A stretch of 64,000 nt of DNA, taken from assembly GCA_025201805.1 (NCBI GenBank), contig MU619244.1, positions 1-64,000 on the forward strand, given 5' to 3'. This document shows, in pieces, positions 36,307 through 48,066 of the stretch. The notes under the pieces are model-generated. The model did no database searches. It was not told the origin of the DNA and was given only the letters and a program-made list of their open reading frames with translations. This DNA comes from Parasitella parasitica NRRL 2501 (lineage: Eukaryota > Fungi > Mucoromycota). Both the position numbers and the translations under genes were made by a program. How positions within the stretch are numbered: position 1 is the stretch's first letter; every line of letters starts with the position of its first letter.

Positions 36307-39300
36307 TGAAAGGCTCTAAGTTGAGTGAAAAAAAAAACAACTAGTTGAATGTTTGACCAGATGCAGTGGGTTCAATAGTGATTATGAAAGAAGAGAAATA
36401 GAGAAAAGAAAGAAAAAAGGATATTGTTCTTAATTCCTTTTTATTTGCAAATCACGCACACAGTAGTTATATCATTTACTTCTAATTCTACTGTGTAATA
36501 CAATCTGCCCGCAAGTGTCAATGCACAAAACAAGCAAAACGAAACAAAACAGAGGAGAGATTTTTGTTGAGAGGCCCTTTCACTGCTCGATTCTGGACTA
36601 TGGGCTTTACTAAGACTTTCTTGATCCGCCTTGAGGCATTTGTACCTGAATTTTAAACGTTTCTCTTGATATTTTGATACATATCCATTCAACTTTATGT
36701 AAACGCACTATCATTTACCGAACCTACAGGAATAAAAATGCAAACACTGTGCGACATCAGTCTTAATGGCTTGCTTTTCAACATTTACAACCAAGAAGAA
36801 ATCGATGTCATAATAAAAACGCCCAGTATAATTTTGGAAAAGCACATGACCCACATAATAAGTCAAATCAAACAAAGTGTATCCAAGCGAGGACGCTTTG
36901 TGATATTAAATATGTATGTATACGTTTCTTGTAAAATGGGAGAGAAGAAAAGGCACCCCTTTGCTTTTGATGCATACATTACAGTGCAACAAAGCGTAAT
37001 GACTAATTTGATAGTTCCGATTGTTTACATGTATTATTTTTGAGCTTGTTGTCTTTATCCTATAAGATGGCAACACTTACTACCTGAGGGGGGAGGGGGA
37101 ACGAAATTCGATATAATCAAAGGTAAAATGTCATTTGATGATGAGCAATGATCACTTATTTCATTTTGAACTGTTATGAGAAACAAACACCCATACTTGA
37201 ATTACTTTATTTAGACGCCTAGAAAGCTTCTCTTTATATTAGATTGTTTCCATTGCAGCTTTAATGGACTAGTATCACCGCCTCCTTCTTTCTTCTTTTA
37301 TAAAAAGCAAGACCACGAGAGCGGCGCAGCCACTTTAACAACGTTGTACAGATTATTTAATTTAAGATGAAAACGAACTGCTTCCTGCTAAACAAATGCA
37401 GAATAAGAAATTTCATACGAGGCAAACCAATTCTAAATGCTAGAACATGAATAGCCTCGCTTCCCAGAAATAGACATAGGTATCAAGGCTGTCTCATGTA
37501 TTGAGCTGCCATTCTCCTTCTATTGTCTATATTGGGCTTGGTTATCAAACAGGAGCTCAAATTCCCCATGTTTGTACTTTTTTTCCATTTTATCATGATT
37601 GAAACAAATACCAAAACTGCTTTACAAGTTACACTTAAGCATCCCGAATGCTGAAATAAGTATTCCGATGTTATGGTCAGCCCTATCGATTGGTCATGGT
37701 ACAAACTTTTTGCTTCATTTACATGTAAAAGAGAGACCCTAATTTTCCATGTTGATATAGACATGCATGGTGTTGCATGTCTATTTGCTGTAGATTTTCT
37801 GTTACTTGCATTTATACGAGTTGGCGGGGTAACTTTTCGCGAGTTGCGCGCTCAAACCATCTTGGTGTGCATAAATTTGAAACTCGAACAAGAATCCCCA
37901 TCTCGCACTGGATCTATGGAATAAATCATACAAGTGTTAAGGTATTCGTCTAGAGCCTACTTACCATCGCACTGTATACACGATAAGCTTCAATCTCAAG
38001 TTGCTGCCCTTCTATATACATCCTTCATATGTGATAATTTCAACGTTTAAGGAACTGTATATCTTTTTGTCAGTCTGTGCCAACCTCTAAATAGGAAATG
38101 AGCATCATATTTGTATCAGAAATAGTGTCTTGAATTCCACGTTTTCTTTTNNNNNNNNNNNNNNNNNNNNNNNNNNNNNNCAAGTGATCAGAACCTATCA
38201 TGATGTTATTCGAAACCAATTATGCACTCGAAAATGAGCAAGTTGCCGATCCTATTTACCATTAAATATCATGCATATAGGCAACATCATCCATGTCATT
38301 GACTTTTTTTTTTTCAATAACGCAAATGGCGCATTTTTGGGTATTCCATCTAAACGGCATCACATATTATGCATTAATAGAGCTTACTGATACACCTAAA
38401 ATTTCATTATGCATGAATACCTTGATATAATAAAGACTAAAACGATTCATCTATATATGAATGTAAATACCTACAATAAAATGTAATGGAAAACATTAAA
38501 AAAAACGCGAGACGAGACCACTCCCTCTTAATTTTAAAACTGGGACAAGAATACTGAAGATTGGAAAAAGAACTTTTACAATGCAACAGAACATGAATTC
38601 AAAATTCACCTGAAATTGAGCAATAAATAGTGAAAATGTATTCTTTACCTTCTGATATTGAGAGCATTTCATCAGAATAATAAAAAATATTTTATTAGTC
38701 AACAATTAGTTAAGGCATTAACTTGATACAAGTAATTTTTTCAGGCTTTTTTGCTTAATCTATAAACTCCTTTTAGAGAACCGTGTCTAATACGGTGAAT
38801 GTGAATTTTATATCTTCAGACTCTTGAATAGGCCGACCAAAGTTTTTCCAATTTTTGCAGACGAGTACACTCATGCTTTTGACGTCACTCACACCACCCA
38901 AAGTATCCGTTTCACAACGGCAACCAATTTCATGAAGTTTTGTATTCATCTATGACTAAAGGATTACCAGCAGCTTCTCTTGCTTTTTTTTACGCAACGC
39001 CCCATAATACCAGCTACACCACAACGTAGACCTTTCATCTTCACAATGTTCTTTTCAAACATGACAAGGAGACCTTTTAAATACACAGTAGAACCAATCA
39101 AATGGTAATAGTATTTGTTGAACAGCGTCTGATTTCATGATTATCAATATTGAGCCTTGTCGTATCTGCACTATAACATGTACCTGAATTACCGTAATTT
39201 TAATATGGTTACGATGGCAACAAATTTAGCACATCTTCTGTCAAATGTACTCCATTGACACATAGACGATTACCCACGATAATCATAAAAACTAAGTTCT

Positions 39301-39814
39301 ATGACCTATACTCGTTTTGTCCGTGAAAAATAGGACAAGGAATTTAAGTAACTAGAGTTGCCAAGAGCAGCTAAGGACATTGGACTGATTATCTATATCC
39401 GACTGAGTTACCATTAATATAAGTGAGGATTGACACTAAAATACAGTGTATTATGAGAACACAATCTCACAGACTCTTTTTATTTTACATCTTGTATTTA
39501 TACAAAATATGAAAACTTTTAAAATGGCAGCAGTATATTCTGAGATTTTCTAACGAGATCAAAAGAAATTGGCACAAATGACTCTTCAACGCTTCCTTAA
39601 TAAAGTCTTTCAGCCCCAAATCATGATTTGCTATCATGTTGTTATTTTTGCTTTTCTTATCAGTCCTCTTATAAAACAAAATCAATAAAAAATACATCTG
39701 ATTTAACAATGTTTCCAAATATAGTACGCTATTTTCTTCGTTTGGCAACAAGTTGTTGAGATCTGCAAGATCAAAAATAAGAAAAGTAACGAGATACGAT
39801 AACTTTAGATTACT

Positions 39815-40160
39815 TTATAAAAGATTCAACTTTGCATCTGCTATTTATACTTTTCACAACTACATAAATTTCTGTCGATTTATTTAAAATACTCATAAGC
39901 AAGGGCAACTCGCAAGTAACATTATTATTAAGAGGGTATATGTATTATTATGCTACGAGGCTATTCATCTTTGATCTGACAGCTACCTTATTGTTTGTCA
40001 ATCACACAGGTCTGTGTCACAGACAACCTTCTTGATTTGAAACAGAGACTTTATTCTCCTGTTTCGACAAGTATAACAACACATTATCGGACAATCTCCA
40101 ATCTTCAATTGAAGTATATTATCATGATCTCTCCTATCTTAAATTAAGACAGATCACCTT
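39815..40160 (-). repeat. Dispersed repeat family D, copy 2 (probable solo LTR remnant)
   Basis: Inverted diverged copy of ~11670-12024. Confidence 0.75.
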
Positions 40161-40926
40161 TTATTCACAATAGATCGAGAGATGTAGTATATACACATTC
40201 ATTACACTATACGGTTCTTCTTTCTAGCTGCATAATGTAAATCATGGCTACCCATGATTTACCGTAAGGCCCTGATGTGATATGTTATTGATTATGTTGC
40301 TCTTTATCGTAGCCTATAAGCGATTATTATAAAAAAAAATAAGGTTTTAGCTGATAATTTTCCAGATTTCAATAAAAACATGGATAACAATGTCGTTGCC
40401 AGATAGCGCCAAATCAAATCTAAGTTTTCCAACTTAGATCGCGGTTCTACGGTCATTTTAGCAATGAAGTTATGAGTGGATATCTGATATTCTAGATAAA
40501 TTATGAGAAATAAAACTGTTTTTACAGATTACTTTTGATAGAGACATTGCATAACGGAAATCAAGTTATGCTCATATAGCAATGATTATGCTTGATTTGA
40601 TGGCGTATAAGACGGACTTTATTTTGTTCTTTTCAAAATCTATTCGCCTTTACATGCAATTTTTATAAGCAAATTATTGCTTTCTGTTGATAATTTTATA
40701 AAAATTATTGTTTTTTTTTTTTTCATCCAAAGGAGTTCTTGATATATTAGATAGCGCTGATCATGTCTAATGTGTCAATTTCGTTACACCATTCTTTAGA
40801 CGCTAGAGACTTGTTTCGATCACTGGTTGCTTCCATAAACGGACAACATCAGCAGGTCACAAAAACAAATGGCATCCCACAATAGAGTGAGTCAGGGCGA
40901 GAGACAAAAGTTGTTGTTATCTATCC

Positions 40927-41673
40927 ATGTCGCTTTTGCCTTTAGAGTTATACTTTAAAATAATCGATGCTTGTATTAAGCGTGATATACAATCATGTAG
41001 AGACATCCTTAACTTAGAGCCGAATAGCACTGTTACTACTAGTCAGCTCGTCTTATTGAATCATTGTACAAACAATTATATTATTCACAACGCTAAATAT
41101 CATAGACTAAGGTTATGGAAGTTATTGTTGCATATACGCAAGGAACCTATTCAAATAGCTATCGGTGTCTCCAGGACAAATCAGTGGACATTGGTGTATG
41201 TTGATATTCACACTCAATACATTCGCACTAAAGAGGAACACTTTATCGTTATAAATGAAAGAATGAAAAGACATTGTGAGCCTAGCAAATGGTCGCAGCA
41301 GGCATCCGGGTTGTATTTGCAGAGCACAAATATCAAACAACATCAACAAATCCCCTTTTTCGATCTACATAGTTTCTTGGTTGATTTGTATACATTCACG
41401 ACTAATAACGTCATGTCGATATGGTTATGGAAAAGGTCAAATACATTTTTTAAAAATCATGTTCTCAACCATGAACTTAATAGCAAAGATAACAACCATG
41501 GCAGCAATCAAACAAACAGCGCGTCATATGTGAATTATCATGGATTCCGGCCTATCTTGGATACTCAACAAAAATCATTGATGGCTTGGGATCGAACTAC
41601 TTCCTCTAATGAGACAGGATTGACAGATACCATTATGATGCTTAATACGGAACTGTTTGGAACAATGCTCTGA
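40927..41673 (+). CDS. Hypothetical protein with F-box-like start
   Basis: 248-aa ATG ORF in AT-rich DNA; MSLLPLELYFKII resembles the LPxE F-box opening. Confidence 0.5.
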   Translation: MSLLPLELYFKIIDACIKRDIQSCRDILNLEPNSTVTTSQLVLLNHCTNNYIIHNAKYHRLRLWKLLLHIRKEPIQIAIGVSRTNQWTLVYVDIHTQYIRTKEEHFIVINERMKRHCEPSKWSQQASGLYLQSTNIKQHQQIPFFDLHSFLVDLYTFTTNNVMSIWLWKRSNTFFKNHVLNHELNSKDNNHGSNQTNSASYVNYHGFRPILDTQQKSLMAWDRTTSSNETGLTDTIMMLNTELFGTML

Positions 41674-42502
41674 ATTCATTCATTGCATACATTTCACAAA
41701 TCATATAAATGGACCATACACAGCCGTATTACTTTTTTTTATTTAAATAACACATATCGCAATCTTTCAAATGACTTTGCTACCTTTATTTCTGCTGCTG
41801 CTGCTGCTGCTGCTGTTCCCACTAATACTATAATATTCCTGTGAATACAATTCTGCACTTGTGGCTCATTCGTTCAAAGAACAAGGTAAATAATCAATCA
41901 ACGACGGCAAAAAGAAGCTTTCATGTCATACCTTATTAGCACCACAGAGATCGCGATTACACCAGTAGACCCAATCTACAAGACAATTTGACATTTTAGT
42001 GCATACTCTACGAACACTTTCTTCTCCTAATACCATGTCTTGAGTTATACTATTCTAAACTAATACTCATTTTAATTCATATACCGTATATTTATTGCTC
42101 AACATCAAATAAGTTTTCAAATAGACAAATGTCAAACGGCACGGATCATTAAATCGTCCCTTGGACTGTATGGATTAACTCTCCTTAAAATCACAAGCAA
42201 AATGCCTCACCTCCACGCTGTTGCATTGTGTAAACAGTTTCATCAATAGTGTCATTAATTTTGGGGTTTAGAGTTTGTGCTGATTTTAATAAGCCATTTG
42301 TACTCTATATAGTCAAATCTCATCTGTTCACGTTTGACAACAACATACAATTGAATGAAGATCAAATCCAGTGGTTAGAAACAGCTACAAACATGTTAGA
42401 AACCTTACTTTCAGCCACTACTATACAGCTCTAAACAGTAATCTCACCACACAAAGACAAGTTATTAAATAAAAATAAAATATATTTGCGCAAAGATAAA
42501 TA

Positions 42503-44732
42503 TCATCGAATGATGAATTCAATCTCGTCTTATTTTAGGAGGATATAAGGAAAACGCATGAAATTCAGTCAAAAAACCTTTTACTTTAGAGTCCACCGTT
42601 TCCAGCTCTTGCTTGAATATACGAGTTGTTTCCTTTAGTCTATTTCTTGATTAGAGCCTGTTTCCAATAAGGATTTATTCGAATGAACTTACTGTGTTTC
42701 CATGACAAAAAGCCTTTCTTTGGCTTGAAGCGTAGAACTTCGGTGTTCACTGCGTTCTTTTTCCAGTGCTCGTTCATGGCTGTCAACCATCATGTTGAAC
42801 TTTTCGTTTTCGACTATAGTGCTCTCATGATATTCATCGTACTTGTTCTTTCTTGCATCAAACTCCTTTTGCGTCATTTCTAAATTTGATTTGATTTGGT
42901 CGCTCTCTGCTCGTGTCGTATCTAAAATTTCACGCAGATTCTCTGTTTCCTTTTGAAGATGTTCGAATTCATCTCTCGCACCTTGCTCTAAACTCTCTAA
43001 TTTTGGCTGTGGAGATGGGCATTACTAACCAGGCTCTCTCCTTCTTGAGATGCTACACTTACTATAATAACTTGGTTGATATTGACAGAAATCATTTCGT
43101 TCATTGTGGTCCCATCAGAATTATACGTAATCAACATATCCTGATATTGCATCACACTGGGAAACAGCTTTTTCACTTTGATATTATAGTTCTCGACTTC
43201 TGCGCGCACTTTTTCTTTCAATTTACTCAATATTTCAGTTTTGTGGTTATACACTGCTTTTCGATCTTGCGAATATGCGGTCAGTTCCGCCAACTTTGTT
43301 TTAGTCTCTTGAGCTTTGGTGTTTTTTTCCTTCAAATCTTTTACGGATACATTTCGTTCGTTCAATCTAGCTTCAAGCGCTTCAAGCTCTAATTTTACCG
43401 GTTGATTTTCCTTTCGTAGTCGTTTAATTTCGTCTTTGACTATCTGGCTTAACTTTTGGTATTTAGAGACCCTCTTTTGCATCTTTTCACAATAAGCCCT
43501 GAATTTCGCAATGTCTACTGTCAATTCCTGATATCTTTTTTTTAAATCGTTGAGCGGCGACTATGTAGTATTAAAATCTGAAAATGCATTCATGGCATAC
43601 GCTACATTTACCTCTTGAGACTCTAATTGAGCACATCTGTCTTTGTATGTTTGTGATTCCAATTCCAATTCACTAATCTGTCGCTTTGTTGTTATCGAAA
43701 TATTCCCTAATTCAAAAGAAAAGAAAAAAAAAACCCCATCTAGTGTAAGTAACCTGCTGAACATTCTTTATCCAGTCCTTTATTCCTTACCGATAGCGTC
43801 TGTTAGTGCATTCACTTGCACGCTGTAATCATCATCTGCATTCATGAATATATGGTAAGTGGAAAGAGTGAAATCGACAAACACTTTGGCCATGGAATTT
43901 CGATCCATCTCTAACTTGATCGGTTCTTCGAAATCGTCTGATTCTGCTAAATCGTTTGCTTTGCACATTTGCACCACCCAATAAAGCAAACCAAAAAAGA
44001 TGGGGTTTGAGTGAATAGCACCAATGGAAAGTAGCGATTTACGGCTAATACTGTCTCTTAGAGGGTATCCCATTTGCCTTAACAAATCCACTACCTCGTC
44101 TTCAAACTTTTTTTTGGGGCGATAGTCAGGATCCCATCGTAATAGCAGGTGTTTTAGCATTGCATGAAATTCGGTTGAGCTGAGGATACGAATATTTCTA
44201 GATTGCGAAGCTGATTTATAGTTTGTTCTATTCAGGTATTCTGTGATGGTTTGTAAATATCGTCGCTGAGTGTCACTATCTTTGATGCTTCTTGGGTCGC
44301 TGGGGAATTTCTTTGTCGACATGTACTCGCCCTTCTCGAACTCTTGCACTGAATCTGATTCTAGCGGTTTCTTATCTAAACTGGAAAAAGGAATGTGTTT
44401 GATTAGATCAAGCAAGCAATGTTTGAAAAGGCTTCACACCTTGATACTGGATCATTGGGAAGACCAAGATGTTGTGAAGTATATACATGTTTACTGACTT
44501 TACTGATAGAGTGTGCTGGTTCAGTCTCTGCAGCGTGTGCGTGTAATGTCGTCGTCGATGGATCGTAATTATGGACTGTGCGCTGAGGAGCAATGGATGA
44601 AGCTTCATCGCTGCTCAAGTTGAGCTTGTTCATTACGGTTGACAGGCGCTGAGTTCTTTTCGAAGGATACGTCGAAGAGTTCAAGGGTATAGTTCGCTTT
44701 CTATTGTCATTCATATTAAGTTGAGAGTACAT
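42503..44732 (-). CDS. NDC80: NDC80/HEC1 kinetochore protein (divergent), multi-exon
   Basis: DPRSIKD, KKFEDEVVDLLRQMGYP, SRKSLLSIGAIHSNP.FFGLLYWV CH-domain pattern followed by a long coiled coil; 3' exons inferred from GT-AG sites. Confidence 0.82.
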
Positions 44733-44827
44733 TATTTTAAAGACGAGAGAAACGCGTTACATCAAATTATTGAAAATTTTGTAATTAAAGATAACAGGGT
44801 CAGCACCACTGTCTGTTGAAACACAGA

Positions 44828-45845
44828 TCAGGACTTTATTGCAATGAGTGCTTGTATAATGCTATCCTTTTCGATTAGAATCGACCCTTTCTTTGCAAAT
44901 GTCTTTTCAATATCAACTTCATGGTTGCTGCAAACAAAGGACATCTTATCCTGCAAAATTCTCCCAAGATAAACAAGACGCAGAATGTGTGTCCCATTAG
45001 CGATCTTTAGCTCTTTGTAGTCAAATAGGCGACTCCTTAAAGAGCCAACAGTCTCGCTTTGTGAGCTAATAGTCAATGGGATGTCCTTTTCTGTTGATAG
45101 TCTAACAACTACCTTGAATGGATTCAAAGAGCAGTCTGGTGCAGGCACTAATTGCTGATGTCGATCCATCGTGGAATTGGAATAAACGCTAGGGGTTTCT
45201 TTCATCAAAAACGTACATGACAATGCTAAAGATGACTGGTCATCCTCTGTCATTGTATCTGATTGTCGCTCTAATATTAAATTTGCAGGAGGTACCACGC
45301 AATATACTGGTATCTCATATTCATTTCCTAACTCTGTGCACGTCAGAGAGAAATAAAAAGAAAAGGTCAGCATTTCCGATTGCATTATAATTATATATGT
45401 GGGTATACCATCGAAGCATCCGTCACATGGATTACCAGTAGGTAAAATTATATTTGCAGCTTCTAAGATGGATCTAGCCATCATTATGTCTTCTTCTGAA
45501 AATGCCACTTGTAATGCCTGCCAAATTTCTACCCTGCCCTGACCTGTTATTAGACTTTGCATACGTAACTATCATTTAATGTATACTTACTCCATAGCTA
45601 GGTACTGTTTCCCAAAACACAGATCGCTTTAAATCCAATTCAGCATCTGTAATTGGCACTTCTGCTGTCCATAATAACCCAGCTCGCTTAAATGGTTTGC
45701 TTTTGTTATAATAATATGCTCTTGGAAATGGAGTTTGATCCTGATTACTGTTATTTCCTTGAATTGTGTTTTGATTGGCTGCCATTATTGATCTGGATCT
45801 TGACAATGAGCCTTGATCTACAAGGCTGGATGGACAGCAACCCAT
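44828..45845 (-). CDS. Ubiquitin domain-containing protein (UBTD1/2, DC-UbP-like)
   Basis: MGCC acylation motif, FWETVPSYG/GRVEIWQAL, FDELGNEYEIPVYCVVPPANL, C-terminal UBL (RLVYLGRILQD). Confidence 0.88.
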
Positions 45846-45945
45846 TATATAACAATAATTGAGAAAGGAAGAAAGAAGCTAAAAGAGTTCTCGAGTGGTA
45901 TAGAACTTCATATAAAATAAATTACAAGGGGATATGATAAATCCT

Positions 45946-47036
45946 CTACACGTGATGCACGTTAGAAGGCAAATTATTAGCGCGGCATCCATTTATTATT
46001 CTCGATATCTTCAAATCTGATCTGATGAAAAATACTCGAATTATTATTATTAACCTGCAAGGGTTTACCAAGGAGTTGTGTCGATTGACTGAACTCCACC
46101 AATGATTGATCCAATTTCGAAGACATCTCGATAAACCCAAAACAAATTACAGCTAATGTAATCGAATCTAAACGGCACATATAGTATGCCCAATTGTCAA
46201 GTAGTTTACCATCAAGTTTCATCTTGATCTATTTTTTTTTGTCTCTCTTTAGATGGTTTCAGGGGCTGTTTAATGTATTCAATATAGCTTGCCTTATCTT
46301 CTTCGTTTGAAAATTCCAATGTTTGTAAATCCAATGATAATCCAAATCCAACGGCCTTCGTATAACTCTCTTTACAACCCCACAATTGATAAAATGTCTC
46401 TAATCGAACATCATTATCATTACTATCCATAACCAAATGCATTTCTCTTGGTGTTAACTGCACAAAACAAAAAAATATGTTACATCAGATTGTTTGGTTA
46501 TTCTGACTTACTTGAGGCCGGAAAATCTCCAAATAAGCATCGATCGATTGGTTTTTCGGACGATCGATGACCACAGTATCGACACCAATTTTCATATTTT
46601 TTGTGCAGCCAAAAATAACCCAATCGCCCTCATGAGATGTATTAAAATCATAATGCAATGATTCAAATCGTTTCTATTCAAAGAGTACTAGTCAGTAAAG
46701 TTGCATGAACTATTTTTTATTTCCCTATATTTCATACCAAAATTGGTTTACCTGCTGGTAAACGGTCAAACTCAAGATCAAACCAAGGCATCTGTAATTT
46801 TTGAGAAAAGTAATGTCGTCTTAACAACAAGTTGGCTAGTGCCAAGTGCCTATCTTTATCAAATTTGAATCGCATGACAGATGGGTGTTCAACTGTTGGT
46901 AACCATGACAACGCCCTGTCAAACTTTTCTTTCATAAATAAGCTAGAATATAGCGTACAACAACAAAATTTAGATTTACCTTATCACCCTCAAAAGCGCC
47001 TTTAATGTTAAAACAAAGTAAGTCTGGTTTATCCAT
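45946..47036 (-). CDS. LYS5: Sfp-type 4'-phosphopantetheinyl transferase (Lys5/AASDHPPT-like), multi-exon
   Basis: GKP, FNISHEGDWV, IGVDTV, FYQLWGCKESYTKAVGFGL. Confidence 0.88.
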
Positions 47037-47388
47037 CGCGTATGTTATTTAAAAGTAAAACTGGAAGAAACGCTGAGATATCCGGTAGCTGCACTTCAAT
47101 GATGAGTTGCTTAGGTAATATTTCTAAATATTTACGATATCTTAACTGGAAACACATTCAATATCATATACAGTAGTATCTGTATGAGATTCACGACCAT
47201 ATTTCTCCTGCTAGAAATACATAACAACCTACATAGCAGGTCCTTTTTTTTTGTTTATTTGCAAAAAAGAAGATCGAAGTTTCATTGAGTGAGTTGGCTG
47301 CAATGATTCAATTTGTTTCTATACAGACCAGAGGCCTATACAAGGTATATACACTAAACGACGCTACAATACACTACACTACACCGCA

Positions 47389-47712
47389 CTACATCACCAC
47401 ACATTTTTCACTGTAGTCAATGAATAATTCGTCGGCTTTTCTTGGGTTGAGAAAATCTGGTTCATTTATGTAAACCTTCTCCTTGTCAGATTTGAATACA
47501 GCAGACGTGAATCCCGCAACGTCTTCAACAGTATCAAAGACCATATTGATAGCAGCTATTGTTGTAAATTTAGTAAATAGTGTTGACACTACGGCTTTAT
47601 TGTAAAACTTACTTTGCTTCATATTATGTTGAGCAGCAACAGGCTTTGGTGCCGGATGCTTTAAATCAAGAGCGTCGTTGTATATATGTTCTTTTTCTTG
47701 GTAAGGATACAT
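47389..47712 (-). CDS. Small hypothetical protein (107 aa)
   Basis: ATG-initiated ORF with protein-like composition in AT-rich flanks; no motif recognised. Confidence 0.5.
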   Translation of the reverse strand: MYPYQEKEHIYNDALDLKHPAPKPVAAQHNMKQSKFYNKAVVSTLFTKFTTIAAINMVFDTVEDVAGFTSAVFKSDKEKVYINEPDFLNPRKADELFIDYSEKCVVM

Positions 47713-48066
47713 GGTGATTTAGTAGATTATTAAAGTAAAGAGAAAGACAGGTTGGATTTCGTGAGACATTTTTATACATTTTTTCGTGGATTCGCTGTTC
47801 ATTGTCCAAATGCTGTTTTCCAAATTTAGTAAAAAAGTTCACCCTGAATGATACATCTTTCTAAATTGTATCATGAAAAACAAAAACATTCAAAAAAGGC
47901 TTTTTCGATGAAAGTAATATACGTGAAAAATTCCCGGGATGACAGTATAATAATTTACATCTGAACTATATAAAAGGTACATTAAGCAATAGAGAAACAT
48001 ATCTAGCGATTAAATTCACGCTTTCTTTTGTTCTCTTTCGAATAAAAATCCCCTCTTAACAGATAT

